Assembly: GCF_041956535.1 (NCBI RefSeq)
Contig: NW_027192194.1
Coordinates: forward strand, 1,271,531-1,335,530
From: Calcarisporiella thermophila CBS 279.70
Taxonomy: Eukaryota > Fungi > Calcarisporiellomycota
Direction of reading: 5' to 3'
DNA: 64,000 nt
Shown: in pieces, positions 36,572 to 50,365 of the stretch
Layout: each line of letters starts with the position of its first letter
Numbering within the stretch: the first letter of the stretch is position 1
Position numbers and translations under genes: made by a program
Notes under the pieces: model-generated
The model's database searches: none
What the model was told of the DNA's origin: nothing
What the model saw: the letters and a program-made list of their open reading frames with translations, nothing else

Positions 36572-39500
36572 TCATCTCTCGATGCACTCCATTTCTTCAA
36601 GCACCCTCTTCCAGGGTTTCGCAGTCCTCTTTTTCCTGAAACGATCCAAGCATCCGGTGAGTATTGGGAACAAGTACTTCTCAGAAAGGTAGGCAAACGC
36701 AAAATAGCCCACCACCGCCCCCAGGATTGCTCCGCGCCACGAGTACGGGGTGTCCACGACCTGCAAGAAGGCAAAGGCGTGCGTGGGGGACATGAGGATC
36801 GCTAGCGTCAAAAGGAAAACGAGTGCTGTGAACACAACGTACGGCACATTGGTCCACATTGGTTTACGATATGGGGCTCCGACACTAAGCACGACCGCCA
36901 GCGAAATGTAGAGGAAGGAGCTGAAGTAGAAGAGGGAGGTGTTCTGGTAGTTTTCAATATTCTTCCCCTCCGGATCATACTCTGGGGGGGTATACCAGGG
37001 TTGAAGGGTCACAGTATAGTAGATGATGAGTTGGAATACCATTTGGAGTACGGCCTGACCAATCATCGAGAGGAGGACGAGGGTGGAGACGAGGGAGGCC
37101 GTAGGGGGACGGGGGTCGATCCGGCGGTAAGCCCCGGTGCGTCCCATCAGCACGGCTAGAGGCAAGATGAGGAGCAAATCAATATAGAGGAATTGGAAGT
37201 CACCCAGGTCCGAGGCATAGTTGTAGAGCGAGATCGCGGTGGTGAATTGGATGACAGAATAGAGGGCCATGTACTTGAAGCAGCTGAAACTCGTCACCAA
37301 GGCGCATCGTCCTTCCCGAACTAGCTTGATGACGGAGCGAATGTCCATGGTGCGACTGGTAAAGGGAGCCGCGACAGATGCCTCGGCCTCAGAAAGAGAA
37401 AGCCCTGCATCGGCTGCCCGCAACGCTCCGCAGTCATTGGCACCATCACCACAAAAGCCAACCACATAGCCCAAACACTGCAATAGCTGTACGAGTTGCT
37501 TCTTTTCGTCGGGTGACATCCGCGCGAATACCACCCCTTTTACAAGAACTCGATTCATAATGTTTCTATCAACATAGTTGATAAGGTGGTTAAACGCTTC
37601 GCCAGTTACTGCCAGATCGTAATCCAAAGACGCGCCCTTAATGGAATTCGTAGGACGAAGGGTGATGGGGTCTAGACGATCCATTGGATCTTTGGTATTT
37701 TCCCAGATCACCCCCTCACCCGGCGAGAGCTGGGATACATAGACCCGGCCCTGCGCAGGAAGCAATGAACAGCCACGAGCCACGCTGATGGCCGTCAGCA
37801 CATTATCTCCTGTGCACATAACTTGTCGAATCTTGGCTGCGTGCAGCGTAGCCACTACGGGGGCAGTCTCTGGTTTGAGCTTGTTCTCAAAGATAACAAA
37901 TCCAACAAATTCAAGGTCGCTTTCTGCTTCCTCGCGAGCCATTTGATGCGCAAGCGCCCAATTCACACGACCCTCCGATCCTTTTCCGGAGCCGTTCGCG
38001 AAATCAAGCGTCTTTACCCCCACTGCAATTACTCTAAATCCGCGGTGAGTGTAGTAGCCCAGCTCCTCGTCAAAATCCTCGGGGATGCCTCGGGTGCAGA
38101 GGCTACGTATCACCTCGGGCGCACCTTTAACATACACGCTTAGCGATGATTCACCCAGACGCTTTGCGATAACACTCATGCGACGGAGCGAGGGGATGAA
38201 CTCAAATCGACGGAGGACTGCGCATTCTACCGAACCCCACTCGACCGAATATTCGCCCCTTTTCTCTTTTGGAGGAGGTGATCTTACCACAGTGATGGCA
38301 ACTTGAGATTGATCCTCTTCATCGGTCTTCATCACCTCTAATTCATCCATGACACCTCCTCTCGTTCCACTGTCATTATCGTTAGGTTGCACCACGTTTT
38401 CTTCCAGCGTCCAGCCGGTGAATTCAAACATACGAAGCTCGAGCGGATCTCCAATGAGCTGGTCGTCCACGTAAGAGAGCCCCTGACATGAGGCCATCGC
38501 GCATACTAGCTGATGGGCCGATTCCTTTTGCTTTTCCTTGGCAAGGCAGGTGCTCAAAGCATCCATATTGGCATGTAAATCAGAAAATTCGTTTTCTTCC
38601 GAGTCGACCAGCCGCACGCCCAGGATGTCAAGCCCATCCTCAGTCAGGGTGCCCGTTTTGTCGAAGCAAAACATATCGACCTTGCCCACTGCGTTGATAT
38701 GGTTTGGTGAGATACAGTAGATTTCTTTGCGACGAAGACGCCCGAGAGCAAAGTTGATCCCAACGGACATGGCCGCTGGCAGTGCAGGGGGGACAATAAT
38801 GGTAATGAGATCCAGGGCGCGTAGGATCATGTCCTTCGTCGAATACTCGAGACGCACATAGAGATAGATGGATGCGGCGAAGCCACAAAGTGCTTATAAA
38901 CAATAGAGTAGAAATAAACAACCGCTCCAATGGCCACAGGCTGATACGCATATTTAATTATTACCTAGCACTGCTAAAACACCAAGGAATTTGAAGGAAT
39001 CGCGGTAGAATTTGAAAACATTGGGGCGCGGAAGAAGCATAGAGCGAATTAGCGAGCCTTTGTTCGTATTAAACCCTATTATGTGAGGGAAATTAGGAAA
39101 ATTAATATTTATATTCATATTCATGTTTGTATATCTATAAAAAGAAGCGACTCCTAACCTGTTCTCACCACCAAGGCGAGAGCCCGTTGTTCTATCTGAC
39201 CATTGCCAATGGCCTCCGAGACTCCCCGAGCACGCACTATCCGGGTGCCTGAAAACAAAAAGTGTCGTGCCACATCGGGGGGAAGATTTCCAGTGGATAA
39301 GTCGAGTTTTTCCAGAGCTTGGTTGGACGCCGCTGTCTTTCCTACCGGTACGGATTCACCGGTGAGCATCGATTCGTTAACAATGCAGTCACCCGAGATA
39401 AGAATGCAATCGGCAGGAAACGTTTGCAAACGTGCCCCCGTAATGTCGATGATATCTCCAGGAACAAGTTCTTCCGACGAGGCAATCCTCCATTTTTTAT

Positions 39501-40715
39501 CGCGAAGTATACTCACATCGCATAAAAGACGCGACATTTCACGCATACGGCGATAGTTTCGACGGGTTTCAATAAGCGTGATAGTGATACTGACTACGGA
39601 GATAACAAAAATACAGCTTGCGTAATAATAATAGTCGTAAGCGCTCCATAGGCAGATGGAGAAGAGTTGGAAAATAAAGAAAGGGTGAAGGACCTAGTTT
39701 ATGGATAAACCATTTGTTATTAGATTGAAAATCACCACCATTGAGGCATGGAAATGCTCACCTCATTAATAAGAAGCGAAATGTTGGATTTTTCATGGAT
39801 ATCAATCTGGTTTTTGCCAAACACCAGCTTCCTTTCGGTATATTTCTCTTGCGATAAACCAATACGCAAAACCTTCAAGTCCGTCCACTCAATATCCTTC
39901 CACCCCCTATGAGAAAAACAAGTGCAAATGAATACTAAAACACTCCTATAGGGGAAAACGAGTGGGTGCGTTACCCATTTAAGAAGAAACGTCCAAGCTC
40001 TGGATGGTATATAAATCGAATATAGCGATAATCGAAATATTTCAGTTGTGACATCGTCTGAGCCGCGTCAAGGACGGCATCTCCAGAAAAAGCAGAAGAA
40101 ACTTTGCCATTAAAAGCGAACGAATTAATTTTTACGATAGAAACTTCACCCCACTCGTTCTATTCCATCGGGTACGTCAGTGAGCCCCAAGAACAAAGAG
40201 ATAAGATGGATATGACTGTGAACTTACTTTGATAACAACATAGTCGGCTTCTCCAAGTGGAACTCTTCGCCCCGTCAACTTAATGTATAGCTTCGGCATC
40301 CATCGACCGAGTAAAAAAAGAATTCCCGCCGTGATAAGACAAAGGGTATAATAGAGGATAAGCAAAGGGAGAGAGAAGCGATAGCCATAGATCCATAACT
40401 AAACATTAAATATAAAAAATAATCAGAATTAGAAATTAAATATGCTTCCCCAATCAGATAACAAGGGGAACTGGAATGCCGGATAGATGGCTTACTTTCA
40501 GCTCTTCCTCTTCCAGGTATGCCACCTGACATCCTGGCTCAATTAAGCCAATATTATCTATGTGGTCCAATACATTTAGTGAGGATTCCTCAATACACAA
40601 GCTCGCTTTTTAAATTGCTACCTAATTCCTCAACCTGCACATGTTCTAGTCTATAGTTTTTCTTTTCACCTATTTCAATGTAGGCATCATCGGTCTTATC
40701 GGGGGGAACACTCAT
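36572..40715 (-). CDS. YPK9: P5B-type ATPase (YPK9/ATP13A2 family)
   Basis: PPALP in TM4, DKTGTLT phosphorylation site, LTGES, KGAPE, TGDN, GDGAND, EVLHPFFIFQ. Confidence 0.92.
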
Positions 40716-42310
40716 TTGCAACGGCGAGTTTGTGAGACGAGAGACACACAGCAAAGGGAGAAAACCTTACAAAAACTGGAATAAAAAAACAAAAAAGCAA
40801 AACATTAACTGCATTCGTGGCGATAAATTCCCAAGTGACTTCTTTTTGGACCCTATTTAATGTTTGTATCGTGCCTTTGCGGCGCAGTTTACTCCCCTTT
40901 TCTCATACGATTTAGCCCCTGCATATAAACTTAATTTTCCCCTTCCGATAGCCTGCTTAGGACCCAGCAGCTACTAAATTGATCCCGAAATACGAAGCCA
41001 GGTCGAATGGTCTAGTGTTCTGATGATGCTTAGATGGAAATAAACATACGATGCTTCCAAAAGTGCTACGCATGACACCCATCAGCAGCTGAGTAAGTTG
41101 CACAATTCCATTTGATAACCGTCGCAGGCAATTTGCAACTGATAAGAAAACATCGTGATAATCAGAGCATTCTGTTCACGCCACTCTGACTAAAAAATAA
41201 ACGTCGAGCACTCGGGGAAAAACTAATGGTTGTTAACCTGAGGACCTGGTAATTGAGAATGCTTACGCACACACACATGAAACTATGATTGAACGCCACC
41301 ATTCTATTATATGAACACAAAACTATGCGTGGATTATATCCTGCAACATCCTGAATACGCAACACAACTGTGCAAAATGGAGGCATCTTTCCAGATGTTC
41401 AGATCCAATTTCGTAGGTTAATAGGGTCTACTTCTACCTGTAATTTTCTGCATAGTCGATTTCAGATTGATTCACGGCTAGCAAAGATGAGAATTTCCAA
41501 TATATACACAGCACTAAATAAAATATTCCAAACAAGTATTTAGAATCGATAGATTATACTCTACACTCGACATTTCAAAGTATATGATATTGAAGTAGAA
41601 TAGAGGATTTGTATGCCAGCTTAGCCCATCAGTTTCTTGTTGAATAAAGCACTACTTGTAATCCCTATCATTCTGAGGGGTGTCTGTGGATTTGTTTTGT
41701 CCACCAATAATAATTAAGGTGGCTTATTAGGTTTTAGATAGGGTCTTAGTAAATTTTAATTGATCAAGAAATTCCATGTTAATACATTGATCGTGGGCTG
41801 GTCTCGAGTGTTAAGACCGGCGTTGAGGAAAAGGGGACTGATGACGTGTCCAACCGTAAATAATTGCTAGAATCGTCTAGTTTGGAACAGGCCTATGCAA
41901 ACCTTATGCCAGTAGAGATGGGGGTTTGTTGATATATCAGGGCCCATGGTGATAAAAACATAAGAGAATCGATATCTGCAAACTACTCGATTTAGCATTG
42001 TATTATGAGCAGTTAGAATTGTCTAGAAATAATTGCCCCATTATCCTCTTACTTCTTTTGGGCGTGTCTTGCTTATCTTTTTACTTTCTTGTGAATTTCC
42101 TTGGCTTATTGATAATCCAAGCAAATAAAACTATGACTTAAGTGCCTTGCCATATAACGAATGGTGAGCGAGTACCCATTTTCAATAATGTCGCACAAAC
42201 CTTGACACCAATCCTGTGATATTCACAATAAAAAGAGGAAAGAGATTTCAAACGGATTACATTCTTCATTCTCCATTGTTTTCTAATCCAACCCATTACA
42301 AGATCTCATC

Positions 42311-43101
42311 ATGCGCTTATTTGCTCTGGTTAGCATATTAGCCATAGTCACTCCTTTCTCTTCCGCTTCCCCTTTTGTTCAGCGCGGGCTACTGGACAGC
42401 TTGGGAGGCGTCTTAAATAACGGTCCTATTTTGGGGGGCGAGAATGAGCGACAGGTAGGTTAAATTTCTCCTTGTAGAGCACTTTTTTTGCGTGGAAGTT
42501 CACCTGTCGAGTATTTTTTTTTTTTCGCCAATTCAATTAGCCTACCGATACAATCTCAACTAAAACAAGGGAAAACCGTGGTTTGCTCGGCGATATTGTA
42601 GGAGAGGTTACCTCACGAGTCGGCGATATTTTCGACCGACCTCTCGGGGCCAAAGAGACCAGAAAGCCTGCAACTGCTAGAACAACCTCCCTTTTGACTG
42701 CTACACCAGAAGGATCGCTTGTGCCTGCCACAACCTCTCTTCCTAGTGCGTCGAGTACCGTTACTTCAGGAATTTCTTCATTGCCGTCAAATTCGATGCC
42801 TCCATTGAATGCTACTGGCATTGCATCAAATTCGTCTATCTCTGCCCCTCCTACGTCCACTTCTCTTGTCCCTTCATCATCGCAAACACTCCCTTCACAA
42901 GCTCAACAGCAACCTGGAACTCCTCCAGAGGTGGTACCGGATGTTGTGGTAGTCACTCGCACTGCGTCCCCACCTGCTGCATCAACCACACAATCTTCAC
43001 TCTCATTGCTTAACAAATCGAGTGCTGGTGATCCGCTCGTTGGTTTCAACGTTAAGCTGGTGACTTTTATTGTGTTGAGTAGCTTAGCTGCATTGATGTG
43101 A
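42311..43101 (+). CDS. Secreted Ser/Thr-rich, probably GPI-anchored cell-surface protein (2 exons)
   Basis: Signal peptide MRLFALVSILAIVTPFSSA; intron 42455-42540; S/T/P-rich body; hydrophobic C-terminus after SSAG. Confidence 0.75.
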
Positions 43102-44322
43102 GTATTACATTCATAGCTATTTTATGCATTCTCGGTTTTGTCCATTTATTTGAAAAAAATATCCCTTTTGAATATCCTTAAATATCCCAAATAAAATAAA
43201 TGCTAAATCGATTCGAGTTAAAAATTTTGGTAAAGTAACCAGTGAATGACACGAGATTAGCAGGAAGGTTGAAAGTGATTATGTTACCATCCAAGCTCTG
43301 TACATCCCCCTAAGAGACCTTAATTGTCTTCGGAGTGCATTGGACATAAAAGTGGCTGATCGGGGTATACCAGAGGATTACAGAACAGAGAACATTCCAA
43401 CCCCCAAGCTTAGGCGACTATTTTCTAGTGCGAGGTAACGGACCAAAGGTCACTACATTTTACACCCGCAGTCAAATGGATAGAGAATTATCCAGCTTAA
43501 AAAAAAACTAATGCGTCTAACTGCGATTACGGTAAAAGTTAAGAGGCTAGAGAGGAGTATGCGCTCCTATTTGATATCCAACGATTCATCACATTAATAT
43601 GTTAAGAACAATTTGCGCTAGAACATTATATGGTTATATGTTATTAGAATGTGCACCTGTTATCTAGGCTTGACTTTATATATACTCTATTTATTACAAA
43701 TGCTATTGATATAATTTAATTCAATCAATGCAATCGAATGTACTATCATAAATATCTTATTTTTCAATTCAATAACTGCATTTCTCAAGTACACTTAAAC
43801 GTAGTAGTCTTGAAAAAGCACTCGTCGGGGTACTGAATTGATGTCTGTAAAATATCCAATATTTTTGCTTCAACTATATTAGTTAAATGTGCCCTCTTTT
43901 ATTGTTATAAACACTTCAGCTATGAAATACTTGTGGTATTTTTTTGAGAAGTGGGAGCATATTACATGTCCTAAATTTGCGAAGTCTAAAATGGATAACG
44001 TACTGTTTAAAGAGAAAATTTTAAAACCGACGATCAGAACTTGGCATGTGAAGAAGCTTAAAAAATTTTCCGTAATGACTAAAACCCATTCTTCATTATG
44101 AATCTAAAGGTAATCTCTGATGTTTTTATCCTGCAGCCTATCTCTATTATATCAATATATTTAATTATTAATGAACAATATGTATGACATGGCTGGTACG
44201 ACATGAAGATAGAGATGGCGTGTTAAACTCATAAATTCGAATTAGCTTGGCAGAGTGTATTTAAAGTGCAGTCAAAATTGGACTATTTAAATTAACTTTA
44301 CTATTAATAAATTTATATCAAC

Positions 44323-45788
44323 ATGATAGAAATGTCTATTCCACGTACAAAACTCGGTATTATTAACGAAGAGATATCTGCCATTGGTAATTTATCTTTT
44401 ATATATATGATTTTATAATTTCTCCTCAACATCCATATCTATTTAATCAGGACTCGGATGTATGTCCATGTCTCCAGTCTACGGAGCGTCTGTGGACGAC
44501 GAACACAGTGTCCAAACCTTAAATCATGCACTTGATCTCGGTCTTAACTTTTGGGATACAGCAGGTGAATTTTCTCACAAGTTTCAAAAGATGTTACTAC
44601 AACAATTGGAAAGAATGCCGAACAATTCCGAACTTATATATTTTTCTCTACATTAAGATATCTATGGGATTGGCCATAACGAGGAGCTTATTTCTCGTGT
44701 ACTCAAAGACAGACGTAAAGAAGTGTTTTTGTGCACTAAGTTTGGCATTCGCGCAGGTCCCGAGGGGATTACTATTTGCGGCACCCCAGACTATGTAAGA
44801 GAAGCCTGTGAAAAGTCACTAGAAAGACTTGGAGTTGAGTGCATAGATTTGTATTATCAACATCGAGTTGATAAGAACACGTAATTGTGCTGCTTAAATT
44901 GATATAGAGTTGGCGATTGTATTAAAATACATATTCTTTTGTTTAGTCCAATTGAAGTTACGGTAGGTGCAATGGCCGAGCTGGTAAAAGAAGGGAAAGT
45001 ACGTTACTTAGGGTTATCAGAATGTAGCGCTGAAACCCTAAGGCGTGCTCACAAGGTACATCCGATTGCTGCTGTACAAGTGGAGTATTGAAAGTTTATA
45101 TCCCGCAAATCCACTTTTATTTAAGTGAGCAATGAGGGATGGAGTAGTCGATATTATTATATTATAACACTCACTTATTCTAATAGCTCTCTGGACCACC
45201 GATATTGAAACAAACGGTCTACTTAAGGCTTGTCGTGAACTTGGAGTTACAGTAATAGCATATTCCCCTCTCGGGCGCGGCTTTCTTACTGGATCGATAA
45301 AAAATGCCAGTGAGCTAGATGGCGGAGACTATCGTCGTACTATCCCAAGGTTCCAAGGCGAGAATTTAGATAAAAATCTGGATATCGCCCAAAAGATAGA
45401 GAAAATAGCAGAGAGGAAAAAATGTACACCTGCTCAGCTATGTATTGCTTGGGTATTAGCACAGGTATACCACCCTTTCCAGTTCAATGCATGCAAGATG
45501 GGTTGTATAGCTCACATTGGTTTATTTATTTTAGGGTAAAGATATTATTCCTATTCCAGGAACAAGGCGCGTAATTCGACTTGAGGAGAATGTGGTAAGT
45601 GTTAATTGCATTTTTATTTCGAAACTCGAGACCAAACTTATTCATTTATTTGTCATTTACTTTGTTAGAATTCTATCAATATCCTACTAACTCAAGAAGA
45701 ACTCGAAGAGATCCGAAATTTGATAAAGAGTTTCAATATTCAAGGAGACAGATATTTCAAGAGAGAGATGGAATATATCAATTGTTAA
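44323..45788 (+). CDS. Aldo-keto reductase (AKR13/YakC-like), 7 exons, one with a non-canonical GA donor
   Basis: [61 protein letters not shown]. Confidence 0.9.
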
Positions 45789-46762
45789 GAACATTGAGCC
45801 GAAGATTCTGACCCTATCTCCATAAACTTATTTTCTTATATTTTAAATATGATCTCTACCATTCGTCGTTTTACTTTCTCTTCTTGCTTAAAGCCTCTTG
45901 CTCCTTGCTGTTTTACTTGAGATTCTTATTATCGGAATTATTTTGCATATTCAAGTCATTCTTAATAAACCAGTGCAATTGATATTTAAAAATGCTACAC
46001 ACTTATTTATGTTTGATATGATTCTCGAATAATCATCTACTCTGAGTGGCGCCGAGAGATAATATGGCAATAATTCATTTTCCAGCAAACTGGTTATGCA
46101 TCATCTCGAACCATTAATATCCGATCAACCCAAAACCCCATTTAACAGAATTTATCTGAATGGGATATTATTACCATACTGTAGTAACTATCTGATTAGG
46201 TATCAGGTAATTTTGTTCCAACTACACACATATAGCTGAATCTCATAAGGTGATTAAACAAAGAGGTTCATTTAGTGAATGATCTGTAGTCGTTTTCCAG
46301 TTCATCATTAATGAAAAATGCCAGCAACAAGAAGCATAAAAAGAAACCTGGTAATTAGGATTATATCGTATAGGTTAGCTGCGAGAGTGGTGTGCCACAG
46401 TGCATTCTGATTTAGCAGCATCTTGACGTTTATAATTAAAATATCCCCCTTCAGATAGTTATAAATATCCCATTTATTAATTACACTTTCAAGGGGAAAA
46501 GATAACGTTTGTGAAAGGGGGATTATATTTTAAAAAAATCTAATCGTTATATACATTTACATTTCTCCAGGTTTTGTACAATTGTTTCTTTTTTTTTCTT
46601 TTCCTTTGGTGTTTTATACATCCCTCCTCCATTTGTTCGTATATATTTCAACATTTTTTTCTTTTTGTTTTTTTTTTTTTTACTTTTTTTTGTTTTTACA
46701 TCAAAAGCTGTTATTTTTCACAATCACTTCCCTATGCTTATCAAAGTTGTATTTCTACTTAA

Positions 46763-48316
46763 ATGGTGTATATAAACGGGGTCAAATTCGCATGTGGGAC
46801 ATGTATTAAGGTAGATTCTCGGTTCTGGGGTGTCATCTTTATTCACTTAGTAGATTTTACATTTTTATTCTCTCCAAAAGGGGCATCGTTCCTCACAATG
46901 CCATCATAGCGATCGCCCGCTCTACGAAATACGAAAGAAAGGTCGCCCCGTAAGCCAATGCTCTCAATGCCGTGAGCTTCGCAAAACTCGTCATGCCCAC
47001 GTCAAATGTCTCTGCGATAAGAGTAAAGAGGAGAGTGTAGAAAAGAAGCCAAGTGTATTACCAAATGGAATTATTGACTTGGTGGGATCGCGCAGCGATG
47101 ACTCGGTGGAAAGACAACGAGGTAAAGCTTCGATCTCAAAAGCTCTCTTAATTTATTATAATAAATTTTCGTCGCGATAGTCGAATCATTGCTGAATCCA
47201 TGCAATTGCACAAGAGGAGGGAAATGTATATGTTGTGAGCCGATCTCAGACGTTTACAAAGCTGCTTTCGAGGCGCTTGCCAACAATTCACTAGTGGCAG
47301 CGGCGGTGCAGTCCCATTCGGCAGATGCTGCCACGAATTCTGCACCCAATCCCTTTCTTCCATTACTTCCCACAAGCGGTTCCTTGCCTGTTAATATCGA
47401 TCAGCATTCTCATATATCAGCTCTTGGTTCCAATGCACAGTCTCTTCTTTCTCAGCCTAATTTCTCGTTAAATACACCCACTCAACACCGTGCCGTATAT
47501 GTACCAGCCGACTCAAATCCTTCGCCAATTTCACACCTTCCCTCTCAACATGGAACTCTTCCAAGCATCACTATTCCGCAAACGATGGACGATGACGATG
47601 TTGCTCAAAGAAATACAAAATTTGCACCCCTCCCACTGCATGAAGCTCCGCTAAACGATGTCTTTGGAGACTTAAACCAACTGCGAAATGAAGCGTTGAT
47701 GCGCCTAATATATTCCGGGTATGCGAATGCCAGCGGTAGCGGAGGGTGCTGTGGTTCCGCAGGAGGAGGAAGAATATCAGCATGTCGATGTGGGCCAGCA
47801 TGTGTTTGCTCGGGGTGCAATTCTGAGAAAGTAGAACTTCCTTCGCCTGCTGGGATCGAGGGGAAAGTATCGATCCCCTCGAATCCATCAACACCGAAAT
47901 CTTGCTGCGGTAATAATAGCTCACCGACTGCCACCACTGTGGTTTCCAATTCTTCAGCTTCTGCTTCAAAAACGTGCGATACAGGCAAATATAATACATA
48001 TGGGAATGGGGGGAGGTGCTGTGCAAGTGAAAAAGAGTATGGCGACTCAAATTGCAGTTACGAAAACTTGACTTCCTCAAACAATGGTGGGTGCTGCAAC
48101 AGCAGGAATCAAGCTATAGCGATACCCGCATCTGTGCCACAGGAAACAGCTTCGCTTCAATCGCAGCTATTCCAGCCACGGCGTCGCCACCAGGTAACAA
48201 TGGACGACAACGGGGTTCTTGTTTGTGCCTGTGGATGCCGTAAACCGCAGATGGAATGCGGGACTTGTGTAGCAGATCTATGTGAGGAGCTCCTGTTAAA
48301 GCAGCCGCCATCATGA
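46763..48316 (+). CDS. Copper-fist transcription factor (Ace1/Mac1/Cuf1 family)
   Basis: MVYINGVKFACGTCIK|GHRSSQCHHSDRPLYEIRKKGRPVSQCSQCR copper-fist domain; multiple downstream CC/CxC clusters. Confidence 0.92.
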
Positions 48317-49372
48317 ACGCCCTTTCATCTCTATTTATCTCTTCGCTCTTCATGTTACTATTTATACCTTTACTTTGGGCCGTCGATTCGATCATTTTTT
48401 TAAGGTTAAACAACCTAAATCCTTTTTACTTTTTAATTTTTTTTTTCCTTTTTGACAGATTATCTTCATACTAATATAAATTCTTATATTTATGTGACAA
48501 CATGTATAATTTAGAAAATATTATTCATTTTAGAGATTACTTCTTGACTAGAGAAAAGAGTTCTGATGGCAAAACAATTAATAACTAAAGCTTTTCATCG
48601 TACCTAAATTCTACTCGACACTTCGTAATAGTGATTGTGTACCTGGGTCTATGCGATATAACGACAAATATTCGATAATTGTCGCTTGCATATATCCGAT
48701 GTATTGACATTGATTAGAATATTATTCATTATTAATTGGTTACTGTACAATTCACTTGGGATTCCCACTTGAATGCTGAGTCAACAGAAGATTAAATAAG
48801 AAGAAGCACCATAATGCTTTAACCTTAGGATGGGATCTGTCCACTTTGGGTTCCCCACCTTGAATAGGATCGATTAGATATCAATGTTCCCAAAGCCTCC
48901 TAATAATCGACTCTCTTGTCATTCCTTCCACTTTGTCCAATATAAACCGGAATTTTGTTTTAACCAATACTCCTATGGAAAGGGATGGCGGAATTCAAAA
49001 GGTCAAAACTTAGTATGGTTTATTTTTTTGCTCGAGTAACACAATTACATATATTAGTGGGTAAGCTCTTGGTATAAGCTCTCGCAGTTACCATTTTTAT
49101 ATCCGAAAACTTTTTTTCTCATCTTAACCTTTCCCTTGTTGCCGCCAGGGTTCGCTTCATCTGCATATCGTAGCTGTCGTTTAATCCTTCTGCTTGCAAT
49201 TTGATCACTGAGACGTCAGTACCGTTTCCCCTTCTAGCTCAATTTGAACTTGCAAGCTGCTACTCACATATGTTTTCTTAACCTGTCTTCCTTATTTCCT
49301 CACTTTTTCATGCCACACTTTACTTCTATTCCCAGTCCTTTCTAATCAATACCAACCTAAAAAATATATACC

Positions 49373-50365
49373 ATGCTGATATCGCCTGCACATATAGTCA
49401 TAAATGTGCTTTCTGCGCTTGGTGGCCTCTTGATGATGATGATTGTCGTCTGGTTCCGATTTACCCAGCCTGATATTGCAAAAACAATGTCCTTTAGGCT
49501 CTCATTTTGGATTGGATTCGTAGATATGCTCTGGCGCACTGAGTATATCCTTGAGTACTCTGATGAAATCACTCATCCTCTCGCAGGACAACACCACTGG
49601 TTCATTCGTTTGCTCGCATTTGCGCGGGTTTTCCTTAGGGTGTGGGGTGTGCTGTTAGTTTTCTGTGTAGCATTTGACTTGCATCTCTCTTTTATACGTC
49701 AACGCCCTGCTACAAGAAGGCTTCAGCGCTTTTATACTCCTATCTCATTCCTGATCGCATTTTGTGTTAATATTCCATGGCTAGTTGAGAGGAGGTTGGA
49801 TTATATAACAAAGTGGGAAACAATTGTTCCTGGTTGGGATCGACAGGAATCCTATTTAATCATGACCTTTGGAGTGACGATTTGGATCGTAATCACTATT
49901 TTATATTCAACAGTAGTAGTAGTTATGGTGCTCTTACGAGTTTTAACCGAGTCAAGGAAATTGAGGAAGGTGCAAAACGTAACAGAAGACTTACGGATGA
50001 GAGAACATCAGCTAATAACATCTGTCCTGCGGGTTTTGCTATACCCAGTGGTGTTGATTATCACTCAGCCAACTGGCGTAATTCTTGATTGGATTTTCAT
50101 CACAACCACAGATTCTGATTCTCCTTCACTTAAAACCCTTGTCGACATTGATGCAGTACTCTTAGGTCTTATCGGGATCCTCAACTTGATTGTCTTTCTT
50201 CTTAATCCTGCATTGCATCGTGGATTGGAGCTAGTCCCATGGCTCAACAAACGATGGCCATTCAAACCCGATCCTAGGAACATCGAATACTATCCAAATA
50301 CTTCACCAAATAAACCACCATTGATATCTAATCCCGATGATCTCTCAGGAGAGGAGCAAGAATAA
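49373..50365 (+). CDS. 7-TM GPCR-like receptor, paralog B, intronless
   Basis: Colinear with 30883-31950, sharing long identical blocks (EYILEYS, RLLAFARVFLRVW, YTPISFLIAFCVN, KWETIVPGW, LLYPVVLIITQPTG). Confidence 0.78.
   Translation: MLISPAHIVINVLSALGGLLMMMIVVWFRFTQPDIAKTMSFRLSFWIGFVDMLWRTEYILEYSDEITHPLAGQHHWFIRLLAFARVFLRVWGVLLVFCVAFDLHLSFIRQRPATRRLQRFYTPISFLIAFCVNIPWLVERRLDYITKWETIVPGWDRQESYLIMTFGVTIWIVITILYSTVVVVMVLLRVLTESRKLRKVQNVTEDLRMREHQLITSVLRVLLYPVVLIITQPTGVILDWIFITTTDSDSPSLKTLVDIDAVLLGLIGILNLIVFLLNPALHRGLELVPWLNKRWPFKPDPRNIEYYPNTSPNKPPLISNPDDLSGEEQE

Noticed and set aside
49027-49034. TTTGCTCG, a Mac1-type copper-response element upstream of 7TM paralog B
   Set aside because: Single copy within a T-run; Mac1 targets usually need paired sites, so chance occurrence is likely.
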